Under the pieces are notes generated by a model that did not search any database, was not told where the DNA came from, and worked only from the letters and a program-made list of their open reading frames with translations. Below are positions 1 to 10,936 of a DNA stretch of 64,000 bases, piece by piece. Source of the DNA: a plasmid. The translations under genes and the position numbers were made by a program. The stretch is from the sequence record NZ_CP123987.1. One strand, 5' to 3'. Position 1 is the first letter of the stretch. Every line of letters begins with the position of its first letter.

Positions 1-378
1 ACGTTGATTGCTTGATAACCTTGAAATTCCGTATAAATTGCAGTTGCTGTTACCCTAATTCCTTCAGCCTTTAGTTTTTTCATGACTTCTAACCCATCTA
101 AAGTAGTTGGAACTTTGATGTATACATCCTTACCTACTTCATCTACAATTTTATGAGCTTCATCTATCATTCCAGATACTGAAGGTGCCACAACTTGTAC
201 GTGGAGTTCTCTTTCATCTTCAATGATTTCCTTTATTTTTTTAAGATGTGCGAATAAATCATCGCCTACTCCATCTTTTTTTAGAATCGTTGGATTAGAA
301 GTTACTCCTTTAACATTTAATTTATCACAGTAATATTTAATCTTTTTCAAATCAACTGTATCTAATAAAAATTCCATA
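1..378 (-). CDS. Fructose-6-phosphate aldolase / transaldolase family protein (Fsa/TalC-like), 3' end cut by window edge
   Basis: Reverse-strand translation from ATG at 376-378 gives MEFLLDTVDLKKIKYYCDKLNVKGVTSNPTILKK..., matching the N-terminus and the TSNPS(T)I motif of Fsa/Tal proteins. Gene extends past position 1. Confidence 0.7.
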
Positions 379-443
379 TCTATTTTGTCCTTTCATGCTA
401 GAAAAGCATAGAGAAACCTCAACGCTCCCTATGCTTCCCTAAT

Positions 444-824
444 TTATTTTATAATAGCAATCTTTGTACCTTCATTAATTTTAGGGTATTCCTTTTCTTC
501 TACGTACATTGATCCTGGTAATGTAGCAGTTTTATCCCCTGTGAAGTTAATGGCTATATGACCTAAGTTCTTCAAGTTAGTTTGAACTTCGTTACCTACT
601 GCTGTTATTTTATATTTTTCATCGTCAATTTGTAAAGTCATACCTGCCTTTATTTCACCAGATAATTCGTTTACTTTAATGATGTAGCAGGATGGTCTAA
701 GTGCATCTGGAGCCCCTTCACCAAATAAGATAACCATCTTAATTTCCTTGAAATTCTTAGCTTCTTCACCAATTTCTATAACTTCTGTTTCATAAAGCTT
801 AGTCTTTTTCTTTTGTAAGAACAT
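444..824 (-). CDS. srlB: PTS glucitol/sorbitol-specific EIIA component
   Basis: 126-aa ORF of the size and sequence character of SrlB/GutA. Last gene of an srl/gut operon on the minus strand. Confidence 0.8.
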   Translation of the reverse strand: MFLQKKKTKLYETEVIEIGEEAKNFKEIKMVILFGEGAPDALRPSCYIIKVNELSGEIKAGMTLQIDDEKYKITAVGNEVQTNLKNLGHIAINFTGDKTATLPGSMYVEEKEYPKINEGTKIAIIK

Positions 825-860
825 AACAAATCACACCTCATCATCAATTCATTTTTACTT

Positions 861-1886
861 TTATTTTCCTGAATATAATCCGAAACTAGCTAACCATGCT
901 ACAAATACTCGAGGTAAACCGTTTAAGAAACGTGAGTACAATACAGATGTAACCCCAACTTCAACTGTTTCTGGCTTAGCTTCTTCAAGACCTAAACCAA
1001 CAGGAATGAAGTCACAGGCATTTTGAGTATTGATAGCGAACAATGCTGGTAATGCATATTGTGGAGGAATATGACCTTTACCAATTTCAACACCAATTAG
1101 AGTACCGATAACTTGGGCAATTACAGCACCTGGTCCAAGCAATGGTGATAAGAATGGCAATGAACAAATGAAACCTAAAATCATCAAGCCCCAAACGTTA
1201 CCTGCAAGAGGTACCATGATTTTAGCGAACCAGTTACCAATACCGGAACCCATGATAATACCGATTAGCAAAGCAACAAATGCCATAAATGGAATAATTG
1301 TATTCAAAACTGTTTGTACTGATTCCTTAGCAGCTTGGTTAAATGTAGCAACAACTTTACCTACACCAATACCAATCTTAGCGATAAATCCGCCACCATG
1401 ACCTTGTTGTGTCAATGTTTTAGAAGTATCTATTCCGTCTTCTTTATCATCTGCAACTTCTTCTTTGGTAGCCTTTTCATTTTGTTGTTTAACAATTGCT
1501 TCTGCATCTTCAGCATTTACTAATGAAATTTGCTTTGGAGTTACAGCAGATACATATAATTCTGGAGTAATGTATTTAGCTAAAGGACCACTTTTACCTG
1601 TTGGAAGAACATTTACTGTTAAAATATTTTTACTTGGGTAAATACCACAACGTAAGGTACCACCACAGTCAACGATTGCTAATGCGATTTCTTCATCAGG
1701 AATTGCTGTCTTAAAACCATCAATAGCTTCCATACCTGTTAATTCAACAATTGTATCAACAATATCTGGTCTATTACCACCTGTTACATAAACTACTTTA
1801 TGTTTTTCTTCTGTTGGTGTTACAACGATTGGACCACCCCAACCACCTGAGCCTTTTACGATTTTAATACTGTTCCATTTACTCAT
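861..1886 (-). CDS. srlE: PTS glucitol/sorbitol-specific EIIBC component
   Basis: 341-aa ORF with a hydrophilic IIB-like N-terminus followed by a membrane domain. Operon context with srlA and srlB. Confidence 0.8.
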   Translation of the reverse strand: MSKWNSIKIVKGSGGWGGPIVVTPTEEKHKVVYVTGGNRPDIVDTIVELTGMEAIDGFKTAIPDEEIALAIVDCGGTLRCGIYPSKNILTVNVLPTGKSGPLAKYITPELYVSAVTPKQISLVNAEDAEAIVKQQNEKATKEEVADDKEDGIDTSKTLTQQGHGGGFIAKIGIGVGKVVATFNQAAKESVQTVLNTIIPFMAFVALLIGIIMGSGIGNWFAKIMVPLAGNVWGLMILGFICSLPFLSPLLGPGAVIAQVIGTLIGVEIGKGHIPPQYALPALFAINTQNACDFIPVGLGLEEAKPETVEVGVTSVLYSRFLNGLPRVFVAWLASFGLYSGK

Positions 1887-1902
1887 AGTTCATTACCTCC
1901 AA

Positions 1903-2445
1903 TTAATCCACTGTCTTAGATAACTTGATTCCAGTTGTGCGACATACATAAGCAGTTGTAAAGTCAGTTACCCAACCACCGATGAAGTTCATAACTAAAC
2001 CTACTAATAAGTATCTAATAGCTAAGTCCATACTATTCAAACCTAATTTTTGTACACCTTGTGCGATACCCATCCATACAAACAATTCACCTGGATTGAT
2101 GTGAGGGAATACCCCATTACTTGTATGACAGAATTGAGCTTGTGCAGCGTAGTAACTTGGCTTGTAGTATTCAGGTAAGAAACGAGCCATTGTAAAGGAC
2201 ATTGGATTACCTAACATAAATGCTGATAAGAATGGCAAAATTAGATAACGTGTAAAGATGTTCTTAGATGCCCCTCTAGCAATCTTATCCATCTTTTCTT
2301 CACCTAAGAATGCAATAATTGTATTCATTAAAACCAATAATAGCAATACAACTGGTACGATTGTCTTCATCCAACCAATGAATGTTTTTCCACCTGTTTC
2401 AAAGAGGTTCATAAAACCTGATGCAAGATTTACAACTATATCCAT
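1903..2445 (-). CDS. srlA: PTS glucitol/sorbitol-specific EIIC component
   Basis: 180-aa membrane protein of SrlA/GutC size, lying between gutM and srlE. Confidence 0.8.
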   Translation of the reverse strand: MDIVVNLASGFMNLFETGGKTFIGWMKTIVPVVLLLLVLMNTIIAFLGEEKMDKIARGASKNIFTRYLILPFLSAFMLGNPMSFTMARFLPEYYKPSYYAAQAQFCHTSNGVFPHINPGELFVWMGIAQGVQKLGLNSMDLAIRYLLVGLVMNFIGGWVTDFTTAYVCRTTGIKLSKTVD

Positions 2446-2456
2446 GAGATCATCTC

Positions 2457-2954
2457 CTAATTAAATTTCTTTGACATATTTGCCTTCAAATTGTTTGCCA
2501 TTAAACCAATCTTTGTAAATAATGGCATGTTGAACACATTTACACTTGTATCGTAAGCACTTGCTGACAATTTTTGTGTCTTAAAATCAACAAAAGTTTT
2601 GTAAGCATTCAATAAACATTGTCTAGTCAATTTATTCATTCTCTTTAACTCTTGATAATCTGCAGCTAAAACCGCGATGTTTTTACCTTCGAGTTTCTTC
2701 AATGTTCTAAATTTAGCGAACACTGTAACCCCTTGCATTAAACGAGCTTCTTTTATATTTCCATCATTATCTATCGCTATCAACATCAATGAACCTGAAA
2801 AGAAGCGTTTAGGATTTTTACCAATCAGAATGCGATAAGGTCCTAGTAATCTTAGTTCACGATAATTTCTGGAAAAATTTTTAATTTGAAAGATTCCAAA
2901 CAATCCTTGTAAGAGAAACGCCCCTACAACAATCAATCCTATTAAAATAATCAT
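2457..2954 (-). CDS. gutM: Glucitol operon activator protein GutM
   Basis: N-terminal TM segment plus conserved QI..F.R and TVFA motifs that align to E. coli GutM. Position between regulator and PTS genes as in gutFRMCBA operons. Confidence 0.75.
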   Translation of the reverse strand: MIILIGLIVVGAFLLQGLFGIFQIKNFSRNYRELRLLGPYRILIGKNPKRFFSGSLMLIAIDNDGNIKEARLMQGVTVFAKFRTLKKLEGKNIAVLAADYQELKRMNKLTRQCLLNAYKTFVDFKTQKLSASAYDTSVNVFNMPLFTKIGLMANNLKANMSKKFN

Positions 2955-4814
2955 CTATATTCCCTCCGTTATCTGTGTTAATGGTAAATCCATGTCATAT
3001 TCCAACAAATTATTATAAATTTCATCATATCCTGAAATCATAAAGATTAAGTCGTATACGCGAGACAGAATCTTACTCAATTTAGAGTTTAGATTTTGCG
3101 GTATACCTATTAAGAAAATGATTCTTACTTCTTTTCCCTGATATTTTACAGCTTTTGATAAGATGCCAACTGTCAACAATATTCTAGAATGATTAGATTT
3201 ATCAACCATATGCGGAATTGCAATCCCATTTTGGAAGACATTACTCATTTTTTCTTCTCTTTTCTTCCAATCTAGCTTAAATTCTGGTAATAATTCACCT
3301 GTTGAAATTTCTGTATCAATTAAATTCTCAACAGCTTTCAAATAGGAAATTCTTTCTTCAAATCTTTGAATTCTAAATTTTACTTGTTGGCTACTAATTC
3401 CCGCCATAACTTGCGATAGAGTTACTTTGCTAACTAATTCGTCATTCTTAAAGATACTCTGAATTCTAACAATTGGAGTTGTAACATCTTTACTTTCAAG
3501 TGGTAAAGTTGAAAATACAATCAAGTAACGTTCGGACGATTTCTTGAAACTTTCACTACTCTTGAAAACATCTGCTTCAGTTGTTCCTTGAAAAGTTTCA
3601 TTTAACCTACTAATAATCAAATTTTGAATACTTTTACTTACTTCACCAACAATCGCAACTTTATGATATTGAGGATTCCCTCTTTTTTCATCTTCTATTT
3701 CCATTTGATAATAAAGTGCTAAATAACCCAATTCTTTATCTGAAATCTTAATATGCAGTTTACTTTCTAATAAATTAACTGTCATAATAGCTAAATCTAC
3801 TGCCACTGGATATTTTTCAACAATTTCTCGACTGAATAGATCATCATTTCTCATATATGTGGCACTTCTATTTATCATGAAAATTGAATGATACTTTATC
3901 TGTTCAAAGACTCGATTGTAATCAATATCTAGACTGATATTTTCCTTAACTTGACTAAAAATTTCTGCAAATAATTCATCTATCCACATCAAGCGTTTAT
4001 TTATTCGTTCAGTATTTCTATTACTATAATTGATATTCAGTGGTATTAATAGGAAGCTTTTTTCTGCTTCTGTTATTTCCTTTGAATGTAAATACTTCTT
4101 TAATATAGATAGAATTTCGTCATTTACTTCAGAACTAGTTAATTCATAATAACAATCTGGCGTCGTTGAAATTTTTCTACCATGCTCATGTAAGAAGTTA
4201 AGTATTTTCAAATGTCTTATTATTAAATTACGTACTGTTTTACTTTTATCGTACTTTCTAACTAATTTGGTTATTTCCTGCTTTTCTTCAATTGCTAGTT
4301 TCTCACCCAAATCATAGTAGTCACAAACAAAGTTACGTAGAATGAAAGCAATCTGACAGTCTTCCTTACTTTCTAACATTACTCCGTTGTTACTTACCGA
4401 TCGAATAGTAGTATCGTAATCTTTTAATAGAAGTTTTATTTCTTTAATATCACGATTGATTGTACCTTTACTTACCATCAAATATTCAGATAAATCATCA
4501 AGTAACATATATCCTTTAGATTTAATCAGCATCAATAATATATATGCTTGACGTTTTAAAGGATTATTGAAATCCAAAGTTGTCTTTAAATAATGCGTCT
4601 GAAATTTAGCTAATCTAGCATAATCTTCGACTTTCAAATAATATTTTTGATTTTTTTCTTGAATCTCAGCTATTTCGCCTAATTCTTCATTCAAACTCGT
4701 TATATACTTTTGTAAAGTTTTCTTAGATACCTGTAACTCACTAACTAACCTATCTACTGTAATCGAATCATTTGTCGTAAGAATCTTAAACAATTGATAG
4801 TTTAATACATTCAT
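2955..4814 (-). CDS. gutR: Sorbitol operon transcriptional regulator (HTH plus PRD domains, BglG/GutR-like)
   Basis: 619-aa ORF with an N-terminal HTH-like region and PRD-like histidine-containing segments. Located between the dehydrogenase and gutM. Confidence 0.7.
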   Translation of the reverse strand: MNVLNYQLFKILTTNDSITVDRLVSELQVSKKTLQKYITSLNEELGEIAEIQEKNQKYYLKVEDYARLAKFQTHYLKTTLDFNNPLKRQAYILLMLIKSKGYMLLDDLSEYLMVSKGTINRDIKEIKLLLKDYDTTIRSVSNNGVMLESKEDCQIAFILRNFVCDYYDLGEKLAIEEKQEITKLVRKYDKSKTVRNLIIRHLKILNFLHEHGRKISTTPDCYYELTSSEVNDEILSILKKYLHSKEITEAEKSFLLIPLNINYSNRNTERINKRLMWIDELFAEIFSQVKENISLDIDYNRVFEQIKYHSIFMINRSATYMRNDDLFSREIVEKYPVAVDLAIMTVNLLESKLHIKISDKELGYLALYYQMEIEDEKRGNPQYHKVAIVGEVSKSIQNLIISRLNETFQGTTEADVFKSSESFKKSSERYLIVFSTLPLESKDVTTPIVRIQSIFKNDELVSKVTLSQVMAGISSQQVKFRIQRFEERISYLKAVENLIDTEISTGELLPEFKLDWKKREEKMSNVFQNGIAIPHMVDKSNHSRILLTVGILSKAVKYQGKEVRIIFLIGIPQNLNSKLSKILSRVYDLIFMISGYDEIYNNLLEYDMDLPLTQITEGI

Positions 4815-4829
4815 AACCTATCCCACTTT

Positions 4830-5633
4830 CTATCCGCGAGATTTTCCTCCGGCAACGTTTGTTGTAACACCTGTTATATAACTTGATCTGTCTGATAAGT
4901 AGTAGGCAACTAAATCAGCAACTTCTGATAATTTACCACTTCTTCCTAATGGTGTAGTACTCTTACTCTTGTATCCTGCACGGACATCTTCAACCGTTTT
5001 ATGTCTTGTATATGCCAAAGCTTCTTCATAAGCTAGTGTTCTTAAACCTGTTGCTTCCATAATTCCAGGAGCTACACCTACTACACGAACATTGAATTCA
5101 CCTAATTCTTTTGCCCATGAACGTGTTAAACCTACGATTGCTGCTTTAGTTCCTGAATAAATGCTTTGTCCTTGTGAACCTTCCAGACCAGCTTCAGAAG
5201 CCATATTAACAATTACACCTGATTTTTGTTTTACTAATTGACGAGCAACAGCTTGTGACATCAAAAATACACTCTTTACATTGACATTAAACATCTTGTC
5301 AAAATCATTTTCAGTTAATTCATATTTGCTATTGCTTTCCTTAGCATCTACTAACAATCTTGGTAAGTTAATACCTGCATTATTTACAACACCATCAACA
5401 TGTCCATGTTCTTCAACAACTCTAGCAACTAATGCATCAACTTGTCCTTTATTTGTTACATCTGTCTCTACAAATGTTAAATGATCATGTTCTTCCTTAG
5501 CTGGTTGTAAATCTGCATCATATACATATGCGCCGTCATTTAATAATTCTTTTACAATTGCTTCCCCGATACCAGAAGAACCACCTGTTACAATGTACAC
5601 CTTTTCATTTAAGTTCAGCCAGTTCTCACTCAT
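4830..5633 (-). CDS. srlD: Sorbitol-6-phosphate 2-dehydrogenase (SDR family)
   Basis: Rossmann TGGSSGIG motif, SDR catalytic YxxxK region, 267 aa. First gene of the gut operon. Confidence 0.8.
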   Translation of the reverse strand: MSENWLNLNEKVYIVTGGSSGIGEAIVKELLNDGAYVYDADLQPAKEEHDHLTFVETDVTNKGQVDALVARVVEEHGHVDGVVNNAGINLPRLLVDAKESNSKYELTENDFDKMFNVNVKSVFLMSQAVARQLVKQKSGVIVNMASEAGLEGSQGQSIYSGTKAAIVGLTRSWAKELGEFNVRVVGVAPGIMEATGLRTLAYEEALAYTRHKTVEDVRAGYKSKSTTPLGRSGKLSEVADLVAYYLSDRSSYITGVTTNVAGGKSRG

Positions 5634-5682
5634 AAGAATTCCTCCAATAACTTTATATCTTTATTACAATTCTTATTTTAGT

Positions 5683-5696
5683 GTTAACGGTTACAA
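5683..5696. promoter_or_regulatory. Candidate catabolite-responsive element (cre) upstream of the gut operon
   Basis: TGTTAACGGTTACA fits the cre consensus TGNNANCGNNNNCA and is near-palindromic. It lies about 50 nt upstream of the srlD start. Confidence 0.5.
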
Positions 5697-5999
5697 CAAT
5701 TAATACCAAGAATTTCTAAAATCTGAGAAAAATATTGCATGAATTAAATATTTAAATAAAATTATACAGTTAACATAAATTTAAATCAATATATAGTAGG
5801 TAATTATTTTAAATAATATTTTTTATCATCTTATATCCTTTAATACGATATTATTATTTTTTCTTTCCTATTTTCTCTAACTTACACAAAAGTTACTAAA
5901 AAGTACCTATGTTACTTTAAAGTTCGTACTTACAAAAAGTAACTAAATAGTATATATTATCTTCATCAACTTAATATATGAAAGGAAAGAATTTTTAAG

Positions 6000-7202
6000 A
6001 TGAATAAAATTTCACCTCGTTTAACATTATTTGCACTGGCTATTAATGCTTTTGCAATAGGTTCTACTGAATTTATTAGCGTTGGATTACTTCCAATGAT
6101 CGTTAAAAGTTTCAATATTAGTTTATCTCAAGCTGGACTAACTGTTTCATTGTATGCTTTAGGCGTAACTATTGGCGCACCTTTGTTAACGATTTTAACT
6201 GGTAAATGGAGCCGCCATTCCTTAATGCTAGGAATCATGACTTTATTTATAATAGGTAATTTACTTGCAGCTTTTGCTCCGTTTTTTGCTATTTTACTAT
6301 TGGGTAGAATTTTAGCCGCTTTAGCTCATGGAATATTCATGTCAATTTCAACAGTTATAGCTGCTGATGTAGTTGAACCATCTCGTCGTGCTAGTGCTAT
6401 TGCAATTATGTTTACCGGACTAACTGTTGCAACTGTTACAGGTGTTCCTTTGGGTACTTTTATTGGTCAACAAACTTCTTGGAATATGTCTTTTATCTTC
6501 ATCGCTACCGTGGGACTTATTGGTTTAATTGCTGATTATTTTCTAATTCCTAAATCTTTACCAATTCCTGGAAAAGTAGATTTGCATGGTTTTATTCGTA
6601 TCTTTACTAACAAACCTTTAGTTCTATCATTCCTGATTACTGCTTTTGGCTATGGAGGAACTTTTGCAGCATATACTTATCTTTCTCCATTATTAGAAGG
6701 AGTAGGCTTTTCAGCAAACGCCATTGTTATTATTTTAGTTATTTACGGAGTAATGGTCGCTATTGGCAATACTTTAGGAGGACGTTTTGCTAATACTAAC
6801 CCTCTTAATTCTTTAATAAAGATGTTTGAGTTGTTAATGACTACCTTACTTTTCCTTTTTGTTGCAGTTTTAGCTAATAATGGGATACTAACCTTACTAG
6901 CAAGTATATTACTTGGTCTATTCGCCTTTATGAACGTTCCAGGCTTGCAATTATATGTAGTTCAATTAGCTGAAAAATATGTACCTAATGATATTACTCT
7001 GGCTTCTGCTTTAAATATTGCAGCTTTTAATATCGGTATAACACTAGGATCATTTATCGGTTCCAGTGTGACTGATACTTTATCAGTTATATATACACCT
7101 CTATTTGGAGCCATAGTCGTGATTATCGCTATTGTACTAATTCTATTCATTAGAAACGATCGTCAATCTGTCTCTGATGTAATTCCTGAAGAAAATAAAT
7201 AA
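6000..7202 (+). CDS. MFS transporter (12-TM, sugar-efflux / DHA1-like)
   Basis: 400 aa with repeated hydrophobic helices and the MFS signature region GRILAALAHG. RBS GGAAAG upstream. Confidence 0.75.
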   Translation: MNKISPRLTLFALAINAFAIGSTEFISVGLLPMIVKSFNISLSQAGLTVSLYALGVTIGAPLLTILTGKWSRHSLMLGIMTLFIIGNLLAAFAPFFAILLLGRILAALAHGIFMSISTVIAADVVEPSRRASAIAIMFTGLTVATVTGVPLGTFIGQQTSWNMSFIFIATVGLIGLIADYFLIPKSLPIPGKVDLHGFIRIFTNKPLVLSFLITAFGYGGTFAAYTYLSPLLEGVGFSANAIVIILVIYGVMVAIGNTLGGRFANTNPLNSLIKMFELLMTTLLFLFVAVLANNGILTLLASILLGLFAFMNVPGLQLYVVQLAEKYVPNDITLASALNIAAFNIGITLGSFIGSSVTDTLSVIYTPLFGAIVVIIAIVLILFIRNDRQSVSDVIPEENK

Positions 7203-7207
7203 TCTTT

Positions 7208-7255
7208 ACAAAAACACGCTAAGGATAAAAATTTTTCTCCTTAGCGTGTTTTTAG
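7208..7255. terminator. Bidirectional rho-independent terminator
   Basis: AAAAACACGCTAAGGAG...CTCCTTAGCGTGTTTTT perfect hairpin flanked by A and T runs, between convergent genes. Confidence 0.85.
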
Positions 7256-7274
7256 CTTCAGTATTATTTTTTTA

Positions 7275-8174
7275 CTATTCCTTCATTAAATCAGAAATAA
7301 TTTCCGCAGCACTTTTACTCTCATGAATCATTCCAGCAACTGAACCAGCAAATATTATTCCATTTTCTACATCATCTTGATAAACAGCCTTCTGATATGC
7401 CTCATCTAACAATTGATTGAATTTTAACTTATCAGTCATTTTGTCTTCCAACTCATATAGCTCTTTAGCTTTCTTATTTACAACCGTTCGACTGGCTACT
7501 CCCATTTTTGTACCAATTACACCAATAGAAGTGTCCTTTGATTCAATAATCGTTTTCTTCCAATTATCACCAACGGGACTTTCCTTAGAAATCGAGAAAA
7601 TTGTACCACATTGTACACCTTCAGCTCCCATCGCCATTGCTGCCTTCACTCCACGATTATCAGCAATTCCTCCGGCTGCAATAACAGGAATATTTACGGC
7701 ATCAACAACTTGAGGCCAAAGAGTTTGCGATGCCATAGTTCCGATATGTCCTCCACTTTCCATACCTTCAGCAATAACAGCATCTACACCTAGATCTTCC
7801 ATCTTTTTAGCAATTTTTACATTTGGAATTACAGGCATTACTTTTATTCCTGCTTCCTTTAGTTTAGGCATATATAATTTAGGTGTACCAGCACCAGTTG
7901 TTACAATTTTTACTCCTTCTTCAATGACAACATCAACGATTTCTGGAGCCCTCTTATTTAAAAACATCAAGTTGACAGCAAATGGCTTATCAGTTAATTC
8001 TTTTACTTTATGGATTTCTTCGCGTACCTGTTCAGGTGTATCTTGCCCTGAAGCTAGCACCCCTAAACCACCAGCATTAGAAACAGCTGCCACCAATCCG
8101 ACTTTAGCTACATCTTGCATCGCTCCTTGAATAATTGGATATTTAATTCCTAACATTTCTGTAATTCGATTCAT
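7275..8174 (-). CDS. NAD(P)H-dependent flavin oxidoreductase, nitronate monooxygenase / FabK-like family
   Basis: 299 aa. The MLGIKYPIIQGAM N-terminus and GG(I/H)xG FMN-binding motifs are typical of the NPD/FabK family. Confidence 0.75.
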   Translation of the reverse strand: MNRITEMLGIKYPIIQGAMQDVAKVGLVAAVSNAGGLGVLASGQDTPEQVREEIHKVKELTDKPFAVNLMFLNKRAPEIVDVVIEEGVKIVTTGAGTPKLYMPKLKEAGIKVMPVIPNVKIAKKMEDLGVDAVIAEGMESGGHIGTMASQTLWPQVVDAVNIPVIAAGGIADNRGVKAAMAMGAEGVQCGTIFSISKESPVGDNWKKTIIESKDTSIGVIGTKMGVASRTVVNKKAKELYELEDKMTDKLKFNQLLDEAYQKAVYQDDVENGIIFAGSVAGMIHESKSAAEIISDLMKE

Positions 8175-8278
8175 GATTTCTCACCTCAATTATTTAAAAT
8201 ATAAAAAGGATATCTTACAACCATATAGTTATAAGATATCCCAATTGATATTAATGGTAATTACAATTTACTAAATAA

Positions 8279-10936
8279 TTAGAATTGATCGATCAACAAT
8301 TGACGAATTTCTTCCAAGTATGGTTGACGAGGATTTGCAGTTGTGCATTGATCATCGTAAATACGATCAACCATCTTATCAAGAGCTTTTTCAAATTGTT
8401 CTTTAGTTACACCATTTGCAGATAACTTAGGTTCAACGTCTAACTTCTTCATTAAATCGTTAATCTTGTTGCATAATGCATCTACTAATTCAGCATCTGA
8501 GTTGCCTTTCAAGCCTAATGCACGAGCAATATCTGCATAATCTTTTTGAGCACGATATACTTCATAACGTGGGAATGGTGTACGCTTTACACGACCAGAA
8601 GCACCGTTAAATTTAATTACATGTTGCATAGCGATGGAAATTGCCAAACCATGTGGTAATCCAAATTCCCCACCAGTCTTATGAGCGATTGAGTGGTTGA
8701 TACCTAAGAATGCGTTAGCAAATGCCATACCTGCTAATGTTGCAGCATAGTGCATGTTTTCACGAGCCTTTTCACCTTCCAATGTAGGATGTTTTGGATC
8801 GTAGTTGTATGAAGCTTCCAAGTTTTCAAATACTAACTTGATAGCTTGCATTGACCATGGACGTGTGAAGTCAGATGCCATAACTGATACATATGATTCA
8901 AGGGCATGTGATAAACTATCCAATCCAGACAATGCTACAGTTCTCTTAGGAACAGTCATAACAAATTCTGGGTCTACGATTGATACTTGTGGTGTCAATT
9001 CATAGTCTGTTAATGGATACTTAACATGTGTATTGTCATCTGTAATAACAGCATATGGTGTTACTTCGGAACCTGTACCAGATGTTGTTGGAATTGCAAA
9101 CATTCTTGTCTTCTTTGCATGATGGAACTTAACAATTCTCTTACGGATATCAACGAATTTTTGTTGTAATTCTTTAAATACTTCACTAACTTTTTCGTAG
9201 CTATCTAAGAATCCTGGTTCTTGATCTAAGGAGTATTCGTAGATATAACGAGCAATCTTTGTAGCATCCAATGCGGAGCCACCACCGATAGCAATAACTG
9301 TATCTGGTTCGAATTGTGCCATTTGTTGAGCAATTTCAATTGTTTGTCCTAACATTGGGTCAGGTCTTACAGTTCCATAAAGAGATATTTTAACTTCATT
9401 TTCTCTTGCTGCTAATTGATCGTAAACTTTGTCTACAAATCCAAACTTAACCATTCCTGGGTCAGCTACGATGAATGCACGGTTAATATCTTCAGTTTCA
9501 TCTTGTAGATAGCTGATAGCATTCTTTTCGTAGTAGATCTTTTCTGGTAAACGAACCCATTGAGGCCTGTTACGTCTCTTAGCAACTGTCTTAACATTTA
9601 ATAGGTCTGATGTTGATAAATTATGTGACAATGAATTCTTCCCCCATGATCCTGTTCCAAGTGTCAAACTTGCACGTAAGCCATCTGTGTAAATATCACC
9701 AATACCACCAATGGAATCAGGTTGATTTACCAAGATACGAGCTGCTTTAGTTCTATCACCAAATTCTTTTACAAATGGATCGGATTGAGAACCAATTTGG
9801 ATAGCAGCGTTATGGCCTGCACCTTGATAATCTAATAATGCAGCAACGGTCTTAATACCATCTTCACGATCTTTTGCTTTATATACTGACAATAATGGAG
9901 AAAGCTTTTCAGATGATAGTTTTTCACCGATGTTCTTAGCAGAAAGTTCGAATAACATTACATCTTTACCTTCTGGAAGTTCTACACCAGCTTGTTCAGC
10001 AATCCAGCGAGCTGGCTTACCAGCAACTGGACCATTTACACCATGTCTATCATTGAATACGAAATCTTCAATCTTCTTATAGTCTTTCTTAGGAACAACG
10101 TATGCTCCTTTTTCTTCCATCTTCTTTAGCCATTCATCATAGATAGGAGCTTCAACAACTGCAGAGTTTTCAGTAGCACAAATCATACCGTTATCAAATC
10201 TCTTAGATAGAAGTAAATCTTCAACAGCTCTGTCAAGGTGTGCTGTATGATCAACGTAGATAGCACCATTACCAGCACCTACACCCATTGATGGATTACC
10301 AGACTTCAAAGCTGCATTAACCATTCCTGGACCACCAGTAGCCAAAATAGAAGCAATCTTTGGATTTTGAATAAGAGCTGTTGTCTTTTCTAGACTTGGT
10401 TCTTCAATCCATTGAATAATGTTCTTTGGAGCACCAGCTTTTACAGCTGCATCATAAACGATCTTTGCAGCATGTGCTGAACTCTTTTGAGCTTGTGGGT
10501 GGAAAGCGAATACAATTGCGTTTCTAGTCTTCAATGCTAATAATGACTTAAACATTGCTGTTGATGTTGGGTTTGTTGTAGGTACAATACCTGCTAAAAC
10601 ACCAAGTGGAGCTGCAATTTTTACTTCGCCTTTAATCTTATCTTCTTCAATTACACCAACTGTTTTATCATTCTTAATAGCATTATAGACATTTTCAGTT
10701 GCGAAACGGTTCTTTGTATCCTTATCTTCTACAACCCCACGTCCAGTTTCATCTACTGCTTCATGAGCTAAAATCAAAGCAGCCTCTGAGCCAGCCAAAG
10801 CAGCAGCTGCAACAATCTTATCTACTTGTTCTTGTGAGAAAGTAGAATATTCTTGTTCAGCTTTTAATGCTTTTTCTACTAAACCATCAGTGTATACACG
10901 AGCATCTTCTTCTTTGTTGTTTGTCTTGTTAACCAT
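8279..10936 (-). CDS. adhE: Bifunctional acetaldehyde-CoA / alcohol dehydrogenase
   Basis: 885 aa with an N-terminal aldehyde dehydrogenase domain and a C-terminal Fe-ADH domain carrying GGGSxxD and histidine metal ligands. Sequence collinear with AdhE. Confidence 0.9.
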   Translation of the reverse strand: MVNKTNNKEEDARVYTDGLVEKALKAEQEYSTFSQEQVDKIVAAAALAGSEAALILAHEAVDETGRGVVEDKDTKNRFATENVYNAIKNDKTVGVIEEDKIKGEVKIAAPLGVLAGIVPTTNPTSTAMFKSLLALKTRNAIVFAFHPQAQKSSAHAAKIVYDAAVKAGAPKNIIQWIEEPSLEKTTALIQNPKIASILATGGPGMVNAALKSGNPSMGVGAGNGAIYVDHTAHLDRAVEDLLLSKRFDNGMICATENSAVVEAPIYDEWLKKMEEKGAYVVPKKDYKKIEDFVFNDRHGVNGPVAGKPARWIAEQAGVELPEGKDVMLFELSAKNIGEKLSSEKLSPLLSVYKAKDREDGIKTVAALLDYQGAGHNAAIQIGSQSDPFVKEFGDRTKAARILVNQPDSIGGIGDIYTDGLRASLTLGTGSWGKNSLSHNLSTSDLLNVKTVAKRRNRPQWVRLPEKIYYEKNAISYLQDETEDINRAFIVADPGMVKFGFVDKVYDQLAARENEVKISLYGTVRPDPMLGQTIEIAQQMAQFEPDTVIAIGGGSALDATKIARYIYEYSLDQEPGFLDSYEKVSEVFKELQQKFVDIRKRIVKFHHAKKTRMFAIPTTSGTGSEVTPYAVITDDNTHVKYPLTDYELTPQVSIVDPEFVMTVPKRTVALSGLDSLSHALESYVSVMASDFTRPWSMQAIKLVFENLEASYNYDPKHPTLEGEKARENMHYAATLAGMAFANAFLGINHSIAHKTGGEFGLPHGLAISIAMQHVIKFNGASGRVKRTPFPRYEVYRAQKDYADIARALGLKGNSDAELVDALCNKINDLMKKLDVEPKLSANGVTKEQFEKALDKMVDRIYDDQCTTANPRQPYLEEIRQLLIDQF

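Noticed and set aside
1168-1523. Short plus-strand ORFs (1168..1401, 1335..1523) inside srlE
   Set aside because: They lie antisense within a well-supported PTS gene, with low-complexity translation and no RBS.
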